64,000 bases of DNA. It comes from Lachnospiraceae bacterium (lineage in GTDB: Bacteria; Bacillota; Clostridia; Lachnospirales; Lachnospiraceae). Both the position numbers and the translations under genes were made by a program. The notes beneath the pieces were generated by a model. It worked only from the letters and a program-made list of their open reading frames with translations. It did not search any database and was not told the origin of the DNA. The first letter of the stretch is position 1; each line of letters opens with the position of its first letter. The DNA lies in contig JAZSPZ010000052.1 of assembly GCA_045537735.1 (NCBI GenBank), positions 14,637 to 78,636 on the forward strand. The letters are read 5' to 3'. Positions 43,093-53,356 of the stretch are shown here, in pieces.

Positions 43093-46000
43093 TTAATCTT
43101 TGAACATCAATATCTCTTTTCCCAATGCAAAAGAATAAATGTAACTCTCTGCCACTTCACGTCCAGTCAGTTGTTCTAGCGTTTCCTTATAATAGCGAAG
43201 CTGTGTTTCATATCGTTTCACAAGTACATCCTCCTGACCTTCCTTCACTTTGTCTGTCTTATAATCCAACAAAATGAGCTTGTCGTCTTCTTGGAAATAG
43301 GCATCAATAATACCTTGTACTACAATCGGAATGTTCGTATCTAGCTCGTGTTGTAATCCAGTCACCGATGTATCTTTTGCCAAAACATTCACTACTTCTG
43401 TCGATGCATCCATTTGCAAATTTCTCTGCATCAACCGCTCCGCCGGAACACCCACAACAAACTGTTTCTCCTTGAAGAGATTCCCCTGCTTTGCAGCCTC
43501 ATGCATTCTCTTTCCGAGATTGGATGTAGCAAATGTATATACCTTGTCCACGGTAATAAAGCTTCTGGTTTCCTCTGGCAACCGGCCATTATCCCACATT
43601 TCATCTAGGGCCATCTGCACCTGTTCCTTTGTAGTCACCTCTGCATTGGGGAATAATTCCATTAGCTTATGCATCCAGGTACCTTTTGCTGCCGCATCCA
43701 TTGGCTGAACCCCGGCAACAAACTGCGGCACTGGAGCAACATACTCTTCCTTGCGCACCATCGACTGCTCTACCAAATCCGATGACTCATAATCCGTCTC
43801 ATACATTCTCTTAATCTCTGTCACAGATAACTTGGATTTTTGCAATGTATATGACTCATTGACATACTCCCAAGACATGCGTTCTTCTATCTGCGTCCTT
43901 GTGGTGGCCGGAGCATGTACCAAGCTTTCAAGCTTCTGCTCTCGGTTCATTTGCTTTTCCAAACTAGATTGCACATGCTGCACTGCCAAATCATAAAAAT
44001 CATACACAGCAACTTCCACAGAAGCATTCGGTTCATTCATCGCCACTGACAGTTCATATTCCGCAGAAAGTATCTCGCCAGTCTTTGGGTCAAGACGACT
44101 GCGGACATTGTCCATTGTTTCATGAAATGTTGTATTCCGCATAAATGCCATGGTAATCATATCCAGATAATTGCGAGCCGTATGCACCACCGCATAAGAT
44201 AACTTCTGCTCCTTACGCATGGCAACGTTTTCATACTTCTTAACCAAGGCAGTAATATCCGGCGTAACCCCTGTCATAATCAGTTTTTCCTTTGCTCTTG
44301 TCAAGGCTACATACAAAATGCGAAGTTCCTCTGCAATACTTTCTGTCACCATAAGGGATGCAATTGCTTTTCTTGCAAAGGTGTCATTGCCACATCTTCG
44401 GTCTGTATCAATATACTTTGCACCAACATAATAGTCTGAATGGATAATGAGTGGTGTCTTCGTATCCATCAGATTAAAATTCTTGCCACATCCTGACACA
44501 AACACAACAGGGAACTCCAAGCCTTTACTTTTGTGAATACTCATAATACGCACCACGTCATCAGTACTATCTGGTGCAGGATCTCCGCCCAAGGAAATGG
44601 CTTTTTTCTGAATCTTTTCGACAAATATCAGGAAATCAAACAACGTCCTTATTCTGCCGTTATCAAATCTTCTACACTCCTCATAGAGCAATTCCAGATT
44701 ACGAACTCTCTGAAGACCTTCTGGCATAACCTCCACATAATAGTAGTAACCTGTTTCGTAGTAAATGTCGGATACAAGCTTACTCACTGTAATATATGCT
44801 TTCTTTGCCTGCAATTTTGCAAGCAAAGCCACAAACCCTTTACACTTCTCACAAACATCCTGCTCAATTTGTGTACGATGGTCTAGGAGTTGGAAATCAA
44901 GAATATGATCTATCACCTCTTTCTCAACAGACACATCTTCGTTTCCATATTCTGCCAACGCTTTGACTACCTGATACAGATATAGCTTGCCATCTAATTT
45001 CTCAGCCATATACCGTTTCACCAACGCAAGCAGTGCCAACTCATCACTATCAAACCCACCAAAATAGCTACGAAGCACCGCCACAACCTCTACATCATTG
45101 TGAGGATTATCAAGCACTCGAAGCAAACTTAGGACAAGTTGAATTTCTGTGGTATCCAGATATCCATTCTCATTCTGTACCTTTACCGGAATCTCATAAC
45201 TCATCAAAACTTCGGAAAAAATTTGCTGAAAGCTGCTTGGTGCACGAAATAAGATAACCATGTCACTCAACCGGACATCTCGAAGTACTTCCACCTCTTT
45301 TCCAGTGTTTTCATCTACTTTTTTATCCGTGACCTGATAGGGAGTACTTCCGTCTCTCCCCAGCATAGAAAGAATTCTTCTCGCTACAATAGAAGCTTCT
45401 AACTCCTTCTTGCCAATGTCTTCTAAATTCTCATCCAATGTTTCTTCTTTCTCAGCAGTCATTGCCTCATCGGATGCCTTCAAGAATTCAAAGCCCTTAC
45501 TTTCGCCAATCAACAATTCCACACTATCATTGACACCATCTAGAAACTCTCTTCCCGGCACCAATGCTTCCTCACTGGTATACTCAATTCCACCGAGGTC
45601 TTCCCCCATCATCTGATAAAACATGTAATTAATGGTCTCTAATACATTACCACGGCTACGGAAGTTGTTCTTAAGCAACAGCTTACGACAATCCGCCCCA
45701 ACCGCCGTATCATAGGTATGATATTTTTCCATAAACAAATCCGGGCGTGCCATACGGAAACTATAGATACTCTGCTTCACATCACCCACCATGAAAATGT
45801 TATATTTCCCTTTGTACAATGTGGATACACATTTTAAAATGGCTTCTTGCAAAAAGTTACTATCCTGATACTCATCTATCAGAATCTCACGAAAATCCTC
45901 TGACATTTCCTTACCAATATCGCTTGGTACTGGCTCTCCATTTTCATCGTATTCTTTACAAAGAATCTGTAACGCAAAATGTTCCACATCACTAAACTCC

Positions 46001-47061
46001 AAAATTCCACGACTCAACTTTTCCTCTAAAAACTGATTGCGAAAAGATTCTGTAATGTCCAACAAAGCCGTCAACATCGCCTCCTGCTTCGTAAACTGCT
46101 CCAACACCAGTTCAAAAGGTAGCTTAAAAACATCTAGAAGTGCATTGATTTGCTTTTTGTATGCTTCTCTGGACTTCTTTACCTGTTCAGCGATTTCTTC
46201 ATCATATTCACCCTTTTTGCCCCTTCCAAGACCAGCAAATTTGCACGTTGCTACCGTGTAAAACTGAGTATAACTCTTAGCAGCAATCAAATCATCTACC
46301 ATCATCACGTCTGATAGCAATGCTTTTTCCATATAGAGCGGTCCATCGATATCTCGCACTTTCTCTAAAGCTTTCAATATACTATCCTTGACTCCCTCTG
46401 CGGTACCATGTAATTCTTCAAAATAACGTTGCACAAAAGGAAGCTTGATGAAGTCTTCCTCTGACTCAATATGTAGGCTTTCCTTTGCCTTACGAATCCA
46501 CTCTGAAGGTCTTGGATAACTGGAACAAATGTCATATACCTTCAAGATATATTCCTCAATCCTAGAATCATTCTTGTCCGCAGAAAATGCTTCCGAAAAC
46601 CGAACAAAATCCGAGTTCTGCCCATAGAATTCTTCTATTGCCTGTTCTAAGACTTCCTCTCTCAAAAGTCCCAATTCTCCTGCCTCTCCCACGCGAATGC
46701 CAGGGTCAATTCCAAGGACGTGAAAATGCTCCTTTACCACCTGATAACAAAAACTATCTATGGTTAAAATGTTCGCTTTATGAATATAATTCAACTGTCT
46801 AATGTAATGCTCATTGGAAGGATCTTGCTCTAACATCTTCTCAATGGCTACCGCAATCTTATCACGCATCTGGGCTGCTGCCGCCTTGGTAAAGGTAACA
46901 ACTAATAGTTCATCAATATCCATGGGATTATTCATATCCGATATCATTTGAATAATGCGCTCTACTAATACTGCTGTCTTACCAGAACCTGCTGCCGCAG
47001 ATACCAACAGATTGCAACTTCTCGAATCAATAATCTTTTGCTGGTCTGGCGTCCATTTCAT
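43093..47061 (-). CDS. addA: ATP-dependent helicase/nuclease subunit A
   Basis: 1322 aa. UvrD-type helicase motifs (VSAAAGSGKT, DEYQD) and a C-terminal RecB-type nuclease (GIIDAYF...LLDYKTD). Confidence 0.9.
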   Translation of the reverse strand: MKWTPDQQKIIDSRSCNLLVSAAAGSGKTAVLVERIIQMISDMNNPMDIDELLVVTFTKAAAAQMRDKIAVAIEKMLEQDPSNEHYIRQLNYIHKANILTIDSFCYQVVKEHFHVLGIDPGIRVGEAGELGLLREEVLEQAIEEFYGQNSDFVRFSEAFSADKNDSRIEEYILKVYDICSSYPRPSEWIRKAKESLHIESEEDFIKLPFVQRYFEELHGTAEGVKDSILKALEKVRDIDGPLYMEKALLSDVMMVDDLIAAKSYTQFYTVATCKFAGLGRGKKGEYDEEIAEQVKKSREAYKKQINALLDVFKLPFELVLEQFTKQEAMLTALLDITESFRNQFLEEKLSRGILEFSDVEHFALQILCKEYDENGEPVPSDIGKEMSEDFREILIDEYQDSNFLQEAILKCVSTLYKGKYNIFMVGDVKQSIYSFRMARPDLFMEKYHTYDTAVGADCRKLLLKNNFRSRGNVLETINYMFYQMMGEDLGGIEYTSEEALVPGREFLDGVNDSVELLIGESKGFEFLKASDEAMTAEKEETLDENLEDIGKKELEASIVARRILSMLGRDGSTPYQVTDKKVDENTGKEVEVLRDVRLSDMVILFRAPSSFQQIFSEVLMSYEIPVKVQNENGYLDTTEIQLVLSLLRVLDNPHNDVEVVAVLRSYFGGFDSDELALLALVKRYMAEKLDGKLYLYQVVKALAEYGNEDVSVEKEVIDHILDFQLLDHRTQIEQDVCEKCKGFVALLAKLQAKKAYITVSKLVSDIYYETGYYYYVEVMPEGLQRVRNLELLYEECRRFDNGRIRTLFDFLIFVEKIQKKAISLGGDPAPDSTDDVVRIMSIHKSKGLEFPVVFVSGCGKNFNLMDTKTPLIIHSDYYVGAKYIDTDRRCGNDTFARKAIASLMVTESIAEELRILYVALTRAKEKLIMTGVTPDITALVKKYENVAMRKEQKLSYAVVHTARNYLDMITMAFMRNTTFHETMDNVRSRLDPKTGEILSAEYELSVAMNEPNASVEVAVYDFYDLAVQHVQSSLEKQMNREQKLESLVHAPATTRTQIEERMSWEYVNESYTLQKSKLSVTEIKRMYETDYESSDLVEQSMVRKEEYVAPVPQFVAGVQPMDAAAKGTWMHKLMELFPNAEVTTKEQVQMALDEMWDNGRLPEETRSFITVDKVYTFATSNLGKRMHEAAKQGNLFKEKQFVVGVPAERLMQRNLQMDASTEVVNVLAKDTSVTGLQHELDTNIPIVVQGIIDAYFQEDDKLILLDYKTDKVKEGQEDVLVKRYETQLRYYKETLEQLTGREVAESYIYSFALGKEILMFKD

Positions 47062-50000
47062 GCATTCTCACCTCCTTCACTTAGATTCTCCGATTCCATC
47101 TGCCCGTTCATCTGCACATCTTCCTGCTCACCTCTTGCTAAAATCAAACGCTTCGCCTCCTCTTTATCAAGCTGTGAACCAATCCTGTATGCATTACCAC
47201 CAACACCTGCTTCAAATCTGCAGATATGCTTGTAATCACAATAATTACATGGTGAATTGTGTTCTCCCTTTTCCGGATTCATTGCAATCTTACCCCGAAT
47301 CATATCCTCACCAATATCCATCATCTTTCCACGGACAAATTCAGATATCTGTAACAATTCTTCCGTTGTTACAAGGGAAGAATTCCGAGCACCAAGGCTT
47401 CCATCTGCTTTGTAATTCACAGGCGTCACCTCACCAGTACTTCCATCCATCAAATCGCGACTTTCCTCACTGTCATTTACCAGACCAGAAAGTCTGCTAT
47501 CCTTGATTCGCTGGTTCTCTACCGCCTGTTCATCTACTTCCTCCACAATCGGATCATAAATGTGATAGTAATACATTCCTGTTGGAATAATCTGCTTATC
47601 CGGATACTCACGCTTCAACAATTCTAGCATCACACTCATGTACACAGTAAGCTGTAGCTGTTTGCCTTCGTACATCTTCACATAATCAATATCCTTGGCT
47701 CCTGACTTATAATCAATCACCTTCACATATACTGCATGGTCTGTTTCCTTCACATCCACACGGTCCACTATACCGTTCAGTTCCATCCTCACACCGTCAG
47801 ACAACGCCATATCAATATAAGTCAACTTACTCTCTGGAGAAAAGTATTTCTCAAAATATGCTGGTTCCATCTTCCCCTTTTCTAAATGTCTGCATAGGTT
47901 CTCAATGCTTCTCTTGGCAATTCGCACCATGACATCTAGCTGATGTCTATTTCTTGCACTGCTGTCAAATATAGTTTCATTTTCATCCTTGGCTGCCTCC
48001 AAGGTCAACTGCTCTGCCATGTGATTTAACTGCTCCTTAGTCATAGAAGAGAGCACAATCTCTCCACTCTTGACTTTTTTAAAGAAATTTTCCATCACAG
48101 CATGCAAAATCGTTCCAATATTGTTGGATTCCACTGTATACTCTTCTCTCTTTGCCAGCTTCAAGCCATATTGCAGGAAAAACTTATAAGCACAGCCTGC
48201 ATAGGTTTCCAAACGTGATACACTGTGCAACATCTGATTTCCATATAACTTTCTGGCAATTGCTCGGTCAAGCACACCAGCCTCATTATTGTAGAAGTAT
48301 CCATCTAACAGTCTAGCAGTCTCCACACCATTATCTGTCTGCATGATGGAATATACGGAACTATCCTCCATATCTTCCTCTGCCAGCTGTCTGGCCAATT
48401 CAGCCTTTAACTCTTCCTTTGTAAGTGGCAGCGTATTACGCAAAACATCCTCCGCTTGTACAGTATGAAGCTTCGGAAAAATGTGCTGCATACGGTTCAC
48501 AAAATAAGATGGTCTAAGTTCCGCTCCCTTTTCATCAGTCTGACGATAGGTAACAATTAACTGTTGTTTTGCTTGTGCCATCTGCAAATAAAGATAAAAT
48601 TGCTGAATAAACAACTCTTCCTTACTATCTGGTGCAAGAACAATCTGCATGCCCTTCAATCTATTGCGGTCTTTGTCTGCAAGAATCCCTTTACCAGATG
48701 TGTTCTTCGGCAAAATCCCTTCATTGGAACCCGCAACAAACAAAACCTTTACATGATGCAAACGTGTTCTCTCCATATCACCAATGACAACTTGGTCTAA
48801 CGTGGACGGAATGACGCCTAGCTTTACATCTGCCATTCCCGACAACAATACATCTATAAAATCATCTCGTGCAATCTCTTCCTCACCGAGAATATCCATC
48901 GTTTTATCCAACACAGAAATAAATTTGTCATACGCCTGTCTATAGGCTTTTGCCCCGCGAAGATTCCCCTCTTTCTCTAATAAAAGACTTCTTTCGTATA
49001 GTCTCTCTGCCAGCCTGTTGGTTGACATAAAATCGCACAGTGCGTGCAAATACTCCTTCGCTTTTGCTTGCTTTTTATGAAAACTTTCTGCCAATGGTTC
49101 TATGTATGACACAAACTGTCCACGGGTTTCATTGATTGCATGTAAGCCAACCACTTTTCCACGAAAAGCTTTACTCCACCATGTATATCCTCTCACACCA
49201 TACTTCAGTGCATAGTTCTCCAAATTATAGATTCCCTCGGAATCAATATCCATAAATCCTGTTTTCAATAATGCAAAAACACTATCGTAGGTAAAATCTT
49301 TGCGGAACACCTCCATAACCATCCCCACAAATTCCACCACAGGGTTATGTGTCAAGCCTTCTGTATAATCAAGAAAATACGGCACGTCCATTAGCTCCAT
49401 CGTTCTTTTCCAACAATCTGCTTGTTCTTTGATATCACCTGTAATAATGGCAAAATCCTTATAATGAAAACCCTGCTCTTTCACATACTCTCTAATTGTC
49501 TTTGCAATGTACATTGCCTCTTGCTTGCTATCCAAACATTTCACTAACATCATATTCTCCAGTGACTTATCATAGTTCTTTACTGGAAAACGAAAAATCT
49601 GTCGCTCTAGATGTAACAATTCTTCATTCTGTACCAAGCGATAATTCTCTTTCAAACCAACATAGGGAACAACAGTAACCCCATTCCTTTCTGCGAGTTG
49701 ACATAATCTATCAACGGACTGTTTCCCTAACGCAAACAGTCCCTGTTCACTATACCCATTATCACCAAAAATATTTTCATCCATGGTAAAGGAAAAATAC
49801 AGATTAGAACACACCTTCATCAATTCTTCGATTACATCATATTGCACTGGCGTAAATCCAGTAAATCCATCAAAGTAAATCTCCGCTCCCTTCAATAACT
49901 GAGAATCGTGCGCAACCTCCTTCAGCATAGAAAGAAACTGCTCTGTCACCATATAGGAATTCTCCATTGCCTCATTAAAGGCATGTAGCAGCAGCTTCAA

Positions 50001-50474
50001 ATCCGTAAGCTTATGATACAAGCTCTTATCCGGACTCAAATTCGCAATGGCCCTATCTAACACGTCCTCTGTAATCTGATACTGATAAAACTCCGAAAGT
50101 AATGATTTCACTTCATCCACAAAACCAGCCTTTCCAGGCATATTCTTGTAATATGTAAACTCACTTTCTTTCTCTTTCAGAATCTTCATGAGCAACATGC
50201 TCTTACCATAATCATCTAGTACATCATTGGTGTGTACATTCAATTCGTCAAACACCTTAAATGCAAGTCTGGTAAAGCTGAGTATGGAAATATCCATAGT
50301 TCCTCCTAAAGGATGCTTAGACACCATGTCCTGTTCTGCAGCCATATTGGACTGCTCCGGTAACACAAACAGAATAGAGCCATGTTCTTCTTCCATGGAT
50401 TCCCGAATCATCCTATCGTATATATAATTGGTCTTACCAGTTCCACTGGCCCCTAATATAAATTGTATTGCCAT
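47058..50474 (-). CDS. addB: ATP-dependent helicase/deoxyribonuclease subunit B
   Basis: GASGTGKT P-loop and a C-terminal nuclease/Fe-S Cys cluster (CNYCDYKHIC). ATGA-type overlap with addA. The start is placed at ATG 50474 (GGAGAGGG SD). Confidence 0.9.
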   Translation of the reverse strand: MAIQFILGASGTGKTNYIYDRMIRESMEEEHGSILFVLPEQSNMAAEQDMVSKHPLGGTMDISILSFTRLAFKVFDELNVHTNDVLDDYGKSMLLMKILKEKESEFTYYKNMPGKAGFVDEVKSLLSEFYQYQITEDVLDRAIANLSPDKSLYHKLTDLKLLLHAFNEAMENSYMVTEQFLSMLKEVAHDSQLLKGAEIYFDGFTGFTPVQYDVIEELMKVCSNLYFSFTMDENIFGDNGYSEQGLFALGKQSVDRLCQLAERNGVTVVPYVGLKENYRLVQNEELLHLERQIFRFPVKNYDKSLENMMLVKCLDSKQEAMYIAKTIREYVKEQGFHYKDFAIITGDIKEQADCWKRTMELMDVPYFLDYTEGLTHNPVVEFVGMVMEVFRKDFTYDSVFALLKTGFMDIDSEGIYNLENYALKYGVRGYTWWSKAFRGKVVGLHAINETRGQFVSYIEPLAESFHKKQAKAKEYLHALCDFMSTNRLAERLYERSLLLEKEGNLRGAKAYRQAYDKFISVLDKTMDILGEEEIARDDFIDVLLSGMADVKLGVIPSTLDQVVIGDMERTRLHHVKVLFVAGSNEGILPKNTSGKGILADKDRNRLKGMQIVLAPDSKEELFIQQFYLYLQMAQAKQQLIVTYRQTDEKGAELRPSYFVNRMQHIFPKLHTVQAEDVLRNTLPLTKEELKAELARQLAEEDMEDSSVYSIMQTDNGVETARLLDGYFYNNEAGVLDRAIARKLYGNQMLHSVSRLETYAGCAYKFFLQYGLKLAKREEYTVESNNIGTILHAVMENFFKKVKSGEIVLSSMTKEQLNHMAEQLTLEAAKDENETIFDSSARNRHQLDVMVRIAKRSIENLCRHLEKGKMEPAYFEKYFSPESKLTYIDMALSDGVRMELNGIVDRVDVKETDHAVYVKVIDYKSGAKDIDYVKMYEGKQLQLTVYMSVMLELLKREYPDKQIIPTGMYYYHIYDPIVEEVDEQAVENQRIKDSRLSGLVNDSEESRDLMDGSTGEVTPVNYKADGSLGARNSSLVTTEELLQISEFVRGKMMDIGEDMIRGKIAMNPEKGEHNSPCNYCDYKHICRFEAGVGGNAYRIGSQLDKEEAKRLILARGEQEDVQMNGQMESENLSEGGENA

Positions 50475-50492
50475 ACATCCCTCTCCTATCAT

Positions 50493-51605
50493 CTATAGTG
50501 TAAGCATTTCTTTAACAATTTCTTCAATCTCCAAAGCAATTTTTCTCAATTTACTTGCGGATGCACCTGTAGCTTTTCCAACCTCCAGCAAATCTTCTAT
50601 ACAAGGATTCAAGCCATTCCCATTCACACAAGTAGCATGTTCTCCTCCAATGGATTCGCTATAAGTAAGGTCATACACCGGTGTTAATTTCCACCGTTTC
50701 TCATGCTCATCATATAGGTACGAAAAATTCTTAGAATGGTCATCGCGATTATGAGAAAACACATTAAAACACATTCTACGGTACAGTTCCCCCATCTGCT
50801 GATTATCCTTCGTTAACATAAATGTTAGTTTCATCAAATCATGGTAATCTAAATTCGGAATACGATGAGATGTCTCTAACAAACCACTCACTGTAACCAT
50901 GTGAACCTTGTTACCATCTTTTCTATCAAATCTCTTCGCACCAAAATATCCTTTACAAACCCTTGAAGGAAAAAGTCGAACCTCCGGTGTCTCAATTCCA
51001 CATTGCCTTGCACATAGCATGTATCGATACTCTTCCTCTCCTATTGATTTCTTATCATACGAAGAAGGAAATTTTATAAGCCATGGTTCTTCATCAATAT
51101 TCACCAACACTTTGGGGCGTGCACCTCCTGATGAACCTCCCAACTGAAATAATGTATCCAAATCATCACTATTTTTCTCAGATAGAATCTTCTCACATTC
51201 AAGAGATATCTTATCAAAATCTAAACTAGTGGATGATTCTACCTGCATCAATTCTGGATAGTATTCTAATCCACCCATCCCAGTATTACCAACTATCGCT
51301 AATCGTTGTATCGTAGATACAGTTACAGGTGTTATTTTCATCGATAACAACATTCTATCAACCAACAAGCGCCCCCAACCATCTGGTAGACTATCAGAAA
51401 ACGCACCAAATACGCCTTCGAAAGTATTTGATTTCGGTACATATACTCTATCATCCAACGGTAAACTGAGTGGACTAATAGAAAATCCGTCTGTTAACCA
51501 TTCCTTACTATACTGAAACGCAATCAATCCATTCTGCATTTCTGCAAGTTGTCCCACAACTCTATCTTGATATTTTACTACGAGATGCCCGATTCCTTTC
51601 ATCAA
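50493..51605 (-). CDS. hipA: HipA-family serine/threonine kinase toxin (short form)
   Basis: N-terminal HipA coupling region (VKYQDRVVGQL...FQYSKEW), P-loop-like GGSSGGARPK, and catalytic DDHSKNFS (DxHxKN). Confidence 0.8.
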   Translation of the reverse strand: MMKGIGHLVVKYQDRVVGQLAEMQNGLIAFQYSKEWLTDGFSISPLSLPLDDRVYVPKSNTFEGVFGAFSDSLPDGWGRLLVDRMLLSMKITPVTVSTIQRLAIVGNTGMGGLEYYPELMQVESSTSLDFDKISLECEKILSEKNSDDLDTLFQLGGSSGGARPKVLVNIDEEPWLIKFPSSYDKKSIGEEEYRYMLCARQCGIETPEVRLFPSRVCKGYFGAKRFDRKDGNKVHMVTVSGLLETSHRIPNLDYHDLMKLTFMLTKDNQQMGELYRRMCFNVFSHNRDDHSKNFSYLYDEHEKRWKLTPVYDLTYSESIGGEHATCVNGNGLNPCIEDLLEVGKATGASASKLRKIALEIEEIVKEMLTL

Positions 51606-51864
51606 TTACCTCCTGTATAGACTCATACGTCTCATTACTAAACAGCTTCTCAAAATCATCTAATTCATCCAATACCGCCGCCAATTTCAATAACGATACA
51701 AATGAAATTTCTCCTGTTTGCTCAAATCTTTTCAATGAAGCAAGACTAACACCTGCACGTGCACTCAGTTCTGCTTGTGTCAATTTTCTCTTCTTCCTCT
51801 TTGTTTTCTCCTTTACAGCAATATCCTTTGCAATTTCATTGGGAAATTTGAATTTTGTAAACAT
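51562..51864 (-). CDS. hipB: HipB-like XRE-family antitoxin
   Basis: LTQAELSARAGVSLASLKRFEQTGEISFVSLLKLAAVL HTH, AAGGAGAG SD. The 3' end overlaps hipA by 44 nt. Confidence 0.75.
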   Translation of the reverse strand: MFTKFKFPNEIAKDIAVKEKTKRKKRKLTQAELSARAGVSLASLKRFEQTGEISFVSLLKLAAVLDELDDFEKLFSNETYESIQEVIDERNRASRSKISR

Positions 51865-51883
51865 ACCTCTCTCCTTAATAAAA

Positions 51884-51899
51884 GAACAAAATATTGTTC
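51884..51899. promoter_or_regulatory. Inverted repeat GAACAA-N4-TTGTTC between the putative hipB promoter and its SD (candidate HipB operator)
   Basis: Located 20-35 nt upstream of the hipB ATG. A perfect TATAAT (minus strand, 51943-51948) lies upstream of it. Confidence 0.3.
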
Positions 51900-52061
51900 A
51901 TTTTTATCATTTTCACGCAAAACAGCTAATATATTAACACTTATTATACTACATTTTTTATATCTTGACACCTATTTTATATACATTTTTATATAAAATA
52001 CATGTTCTAATTTTTTGCCGCCATTCATATCTTTATAGTAACAATCATTAGGAGGAATCTT

Positions 52062-52499
52062 ATGGGCACGCAGACAAAAATTGTTGTAATCAAAGCAAAG
52101 GAAATCATTTATACCGGTATTTTTCTTATTCTTGGTATTTTATTAATTATTCTACTCATCAACATGTTTGGTAAGGAAAAGGATAAAAAGGCAGAAACTA
52201 CAAGCAAATACAATCCCGGCGTATATTCCTCAACCATAACCCTTGGAGAGAACACCTTAAATGTTTCCGTTAGCGTAGATGAAGACACCATTAGTGGTGT
52301 GGACATCGAAAACATGGATGAAGCTGTCACAACCATGTATCCTCTTCTAGAGCCTGCATTAAACGAAATCAACGAGCAGATTTCCGTGGTAGAAAGTGTA
52401 GATGACATTACATATTCAAAGGATAACCAATACACTTATATCATATTGAACCAAGCAATTAAAAATGCACTAGAGAAGGCTACCATAACCGAAGAATAA
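52062..52499 (+). CDS. Membrane-anchored protein with an FMN_bind-like layout lacking the flavinylation motif
   Basis: TAGGAGG SD and an N-terminal TM helix. GVYSSTITLGENTLNVSVSVDEDTISGVDIEN ... VESVDDITYSKDNQYTYIILNQAIKNAL parallels the FMN_bind topology, but the SGAT-type site is absent. Confidence 0.45.
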   Translation: MGTQTKIVVIKAKEIIYTGIFLILGILLIILLINMFGKEKDKKAETTSKYNPGVYSSTITLGENTLNVSVSVDEDTISGVDIENMDEAVTTMYPLLEPALNEINEQISVVESVDDITYSKDNQYTYIILNQAIKNALEKATITEE

Positions 52500-52525
52500 T
52501 CTTGACATAGTTATTCTTTCTTCCG

Positions 52526-52564
52526 AAAAAAAGGTACTTAGACAATCATCTAAGTACCTTTTTT
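52526..52564. terminator. Bidirectional terminator between convergent genes
   Basis: AAGGTACTTAGA-CAATCA-TCTAAGTACCTT perfect 12-bp stem flanked by an A-run and a T-run. Confidence 0.8.
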
Positions 52565-52604
52565 CATAGTATTGGTCTCGCATTTTCTCGTATAATATTG
52601 TTCC

Positions 52605-53276
52605 TTATCCTCTCTTCTCCACAATCATTCCCTTATCCTTATAAATGGAATGTGCCGGAACCACACCTCTCACCATGCTCACCGGATATACATTGGAATC
52701 CTGACAGATCACAGAACCCGGATTCAACACTGAATTACAACCAATCTCCACATGGTCACCAAGCATTGCGCCAAACTTTTTAAGACCGGTATCAATATCA
52801 AAATCTGCTCCTTTTACATGTACAATCGTCTTATCCGCTTTTACATTGGATGTAATGGAACCTGCGCCCATATGTGAATAAAATCCCAACACGGAGTCTC
52901 CCACATAATTGTAATGTGGAACTTGAACGTGATTAAACAAAATCACATTCTTAAGTTCTGTGGAATTACCAACCACGCAGTCATCACCCACCAAGGCATT
53001 GCCACGGATAAATGCGCCCGGACGAACCTCGGTGCGCTCACCGATAATGCAGGGACCTGTAATATAATTATTGGGATAAATCTTCGCAGATTTTGCAATC
53101 CATACATTTTCTTCCACTTCGTCATAAAGGTCTGTTGGAAGTGTCTTTCCCAACTCCTTGATAAAATCACCAATCTTAGGAAGTGCTTCCCAAGGATAGG
53201 TTAATCCTTCTAATAATGGTTTTGCCAATGTTTCCTCTAAAGTATATAGTTCTTTGATTGTAACCTGTTGTTCCAT
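52605..53276 (-). CDS. Left-handed beta-helix (hexapeptide-repeat) transferase, GlmU C-terminal-domain-like
   Basis: Hexapeptide repeats throughout (IGERTEVRPGAFIRGNALVGDDCVVGNSTELKNVILFN...). The start is uncertain (ATG 53276 preferred; 53303 and 53339 are possible). Confidence 0.65.
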   Translation of the reverse strand: MEQQVTIKELYTLEETLAKPLLEGLTYPWEALPKIGDFIKELGKTLPTDLYDEVEENVWIAKSAKIYPNNYITGPCIIGERTEVRPGAFIRGNALVGDDCVVGNSTELKNVILFNHVQVPHYNYVGDSVLGFYSHMGAGSITSNVKADKTIVHVKGADFDIDTGLKKFGAMLGDHVEIGCNSVLNPGSVICQDSNVYPVSMVRGVVPAHSIYKDKGMIVEKRG

Positions 53277-53356
53277 GCTGATATCCTCTCTTTTCTCATT
53301 CATTTTCTCTTCTCGGAATGAATCACACATTTTCTCCAACTTTTTCAGCGGAATGT

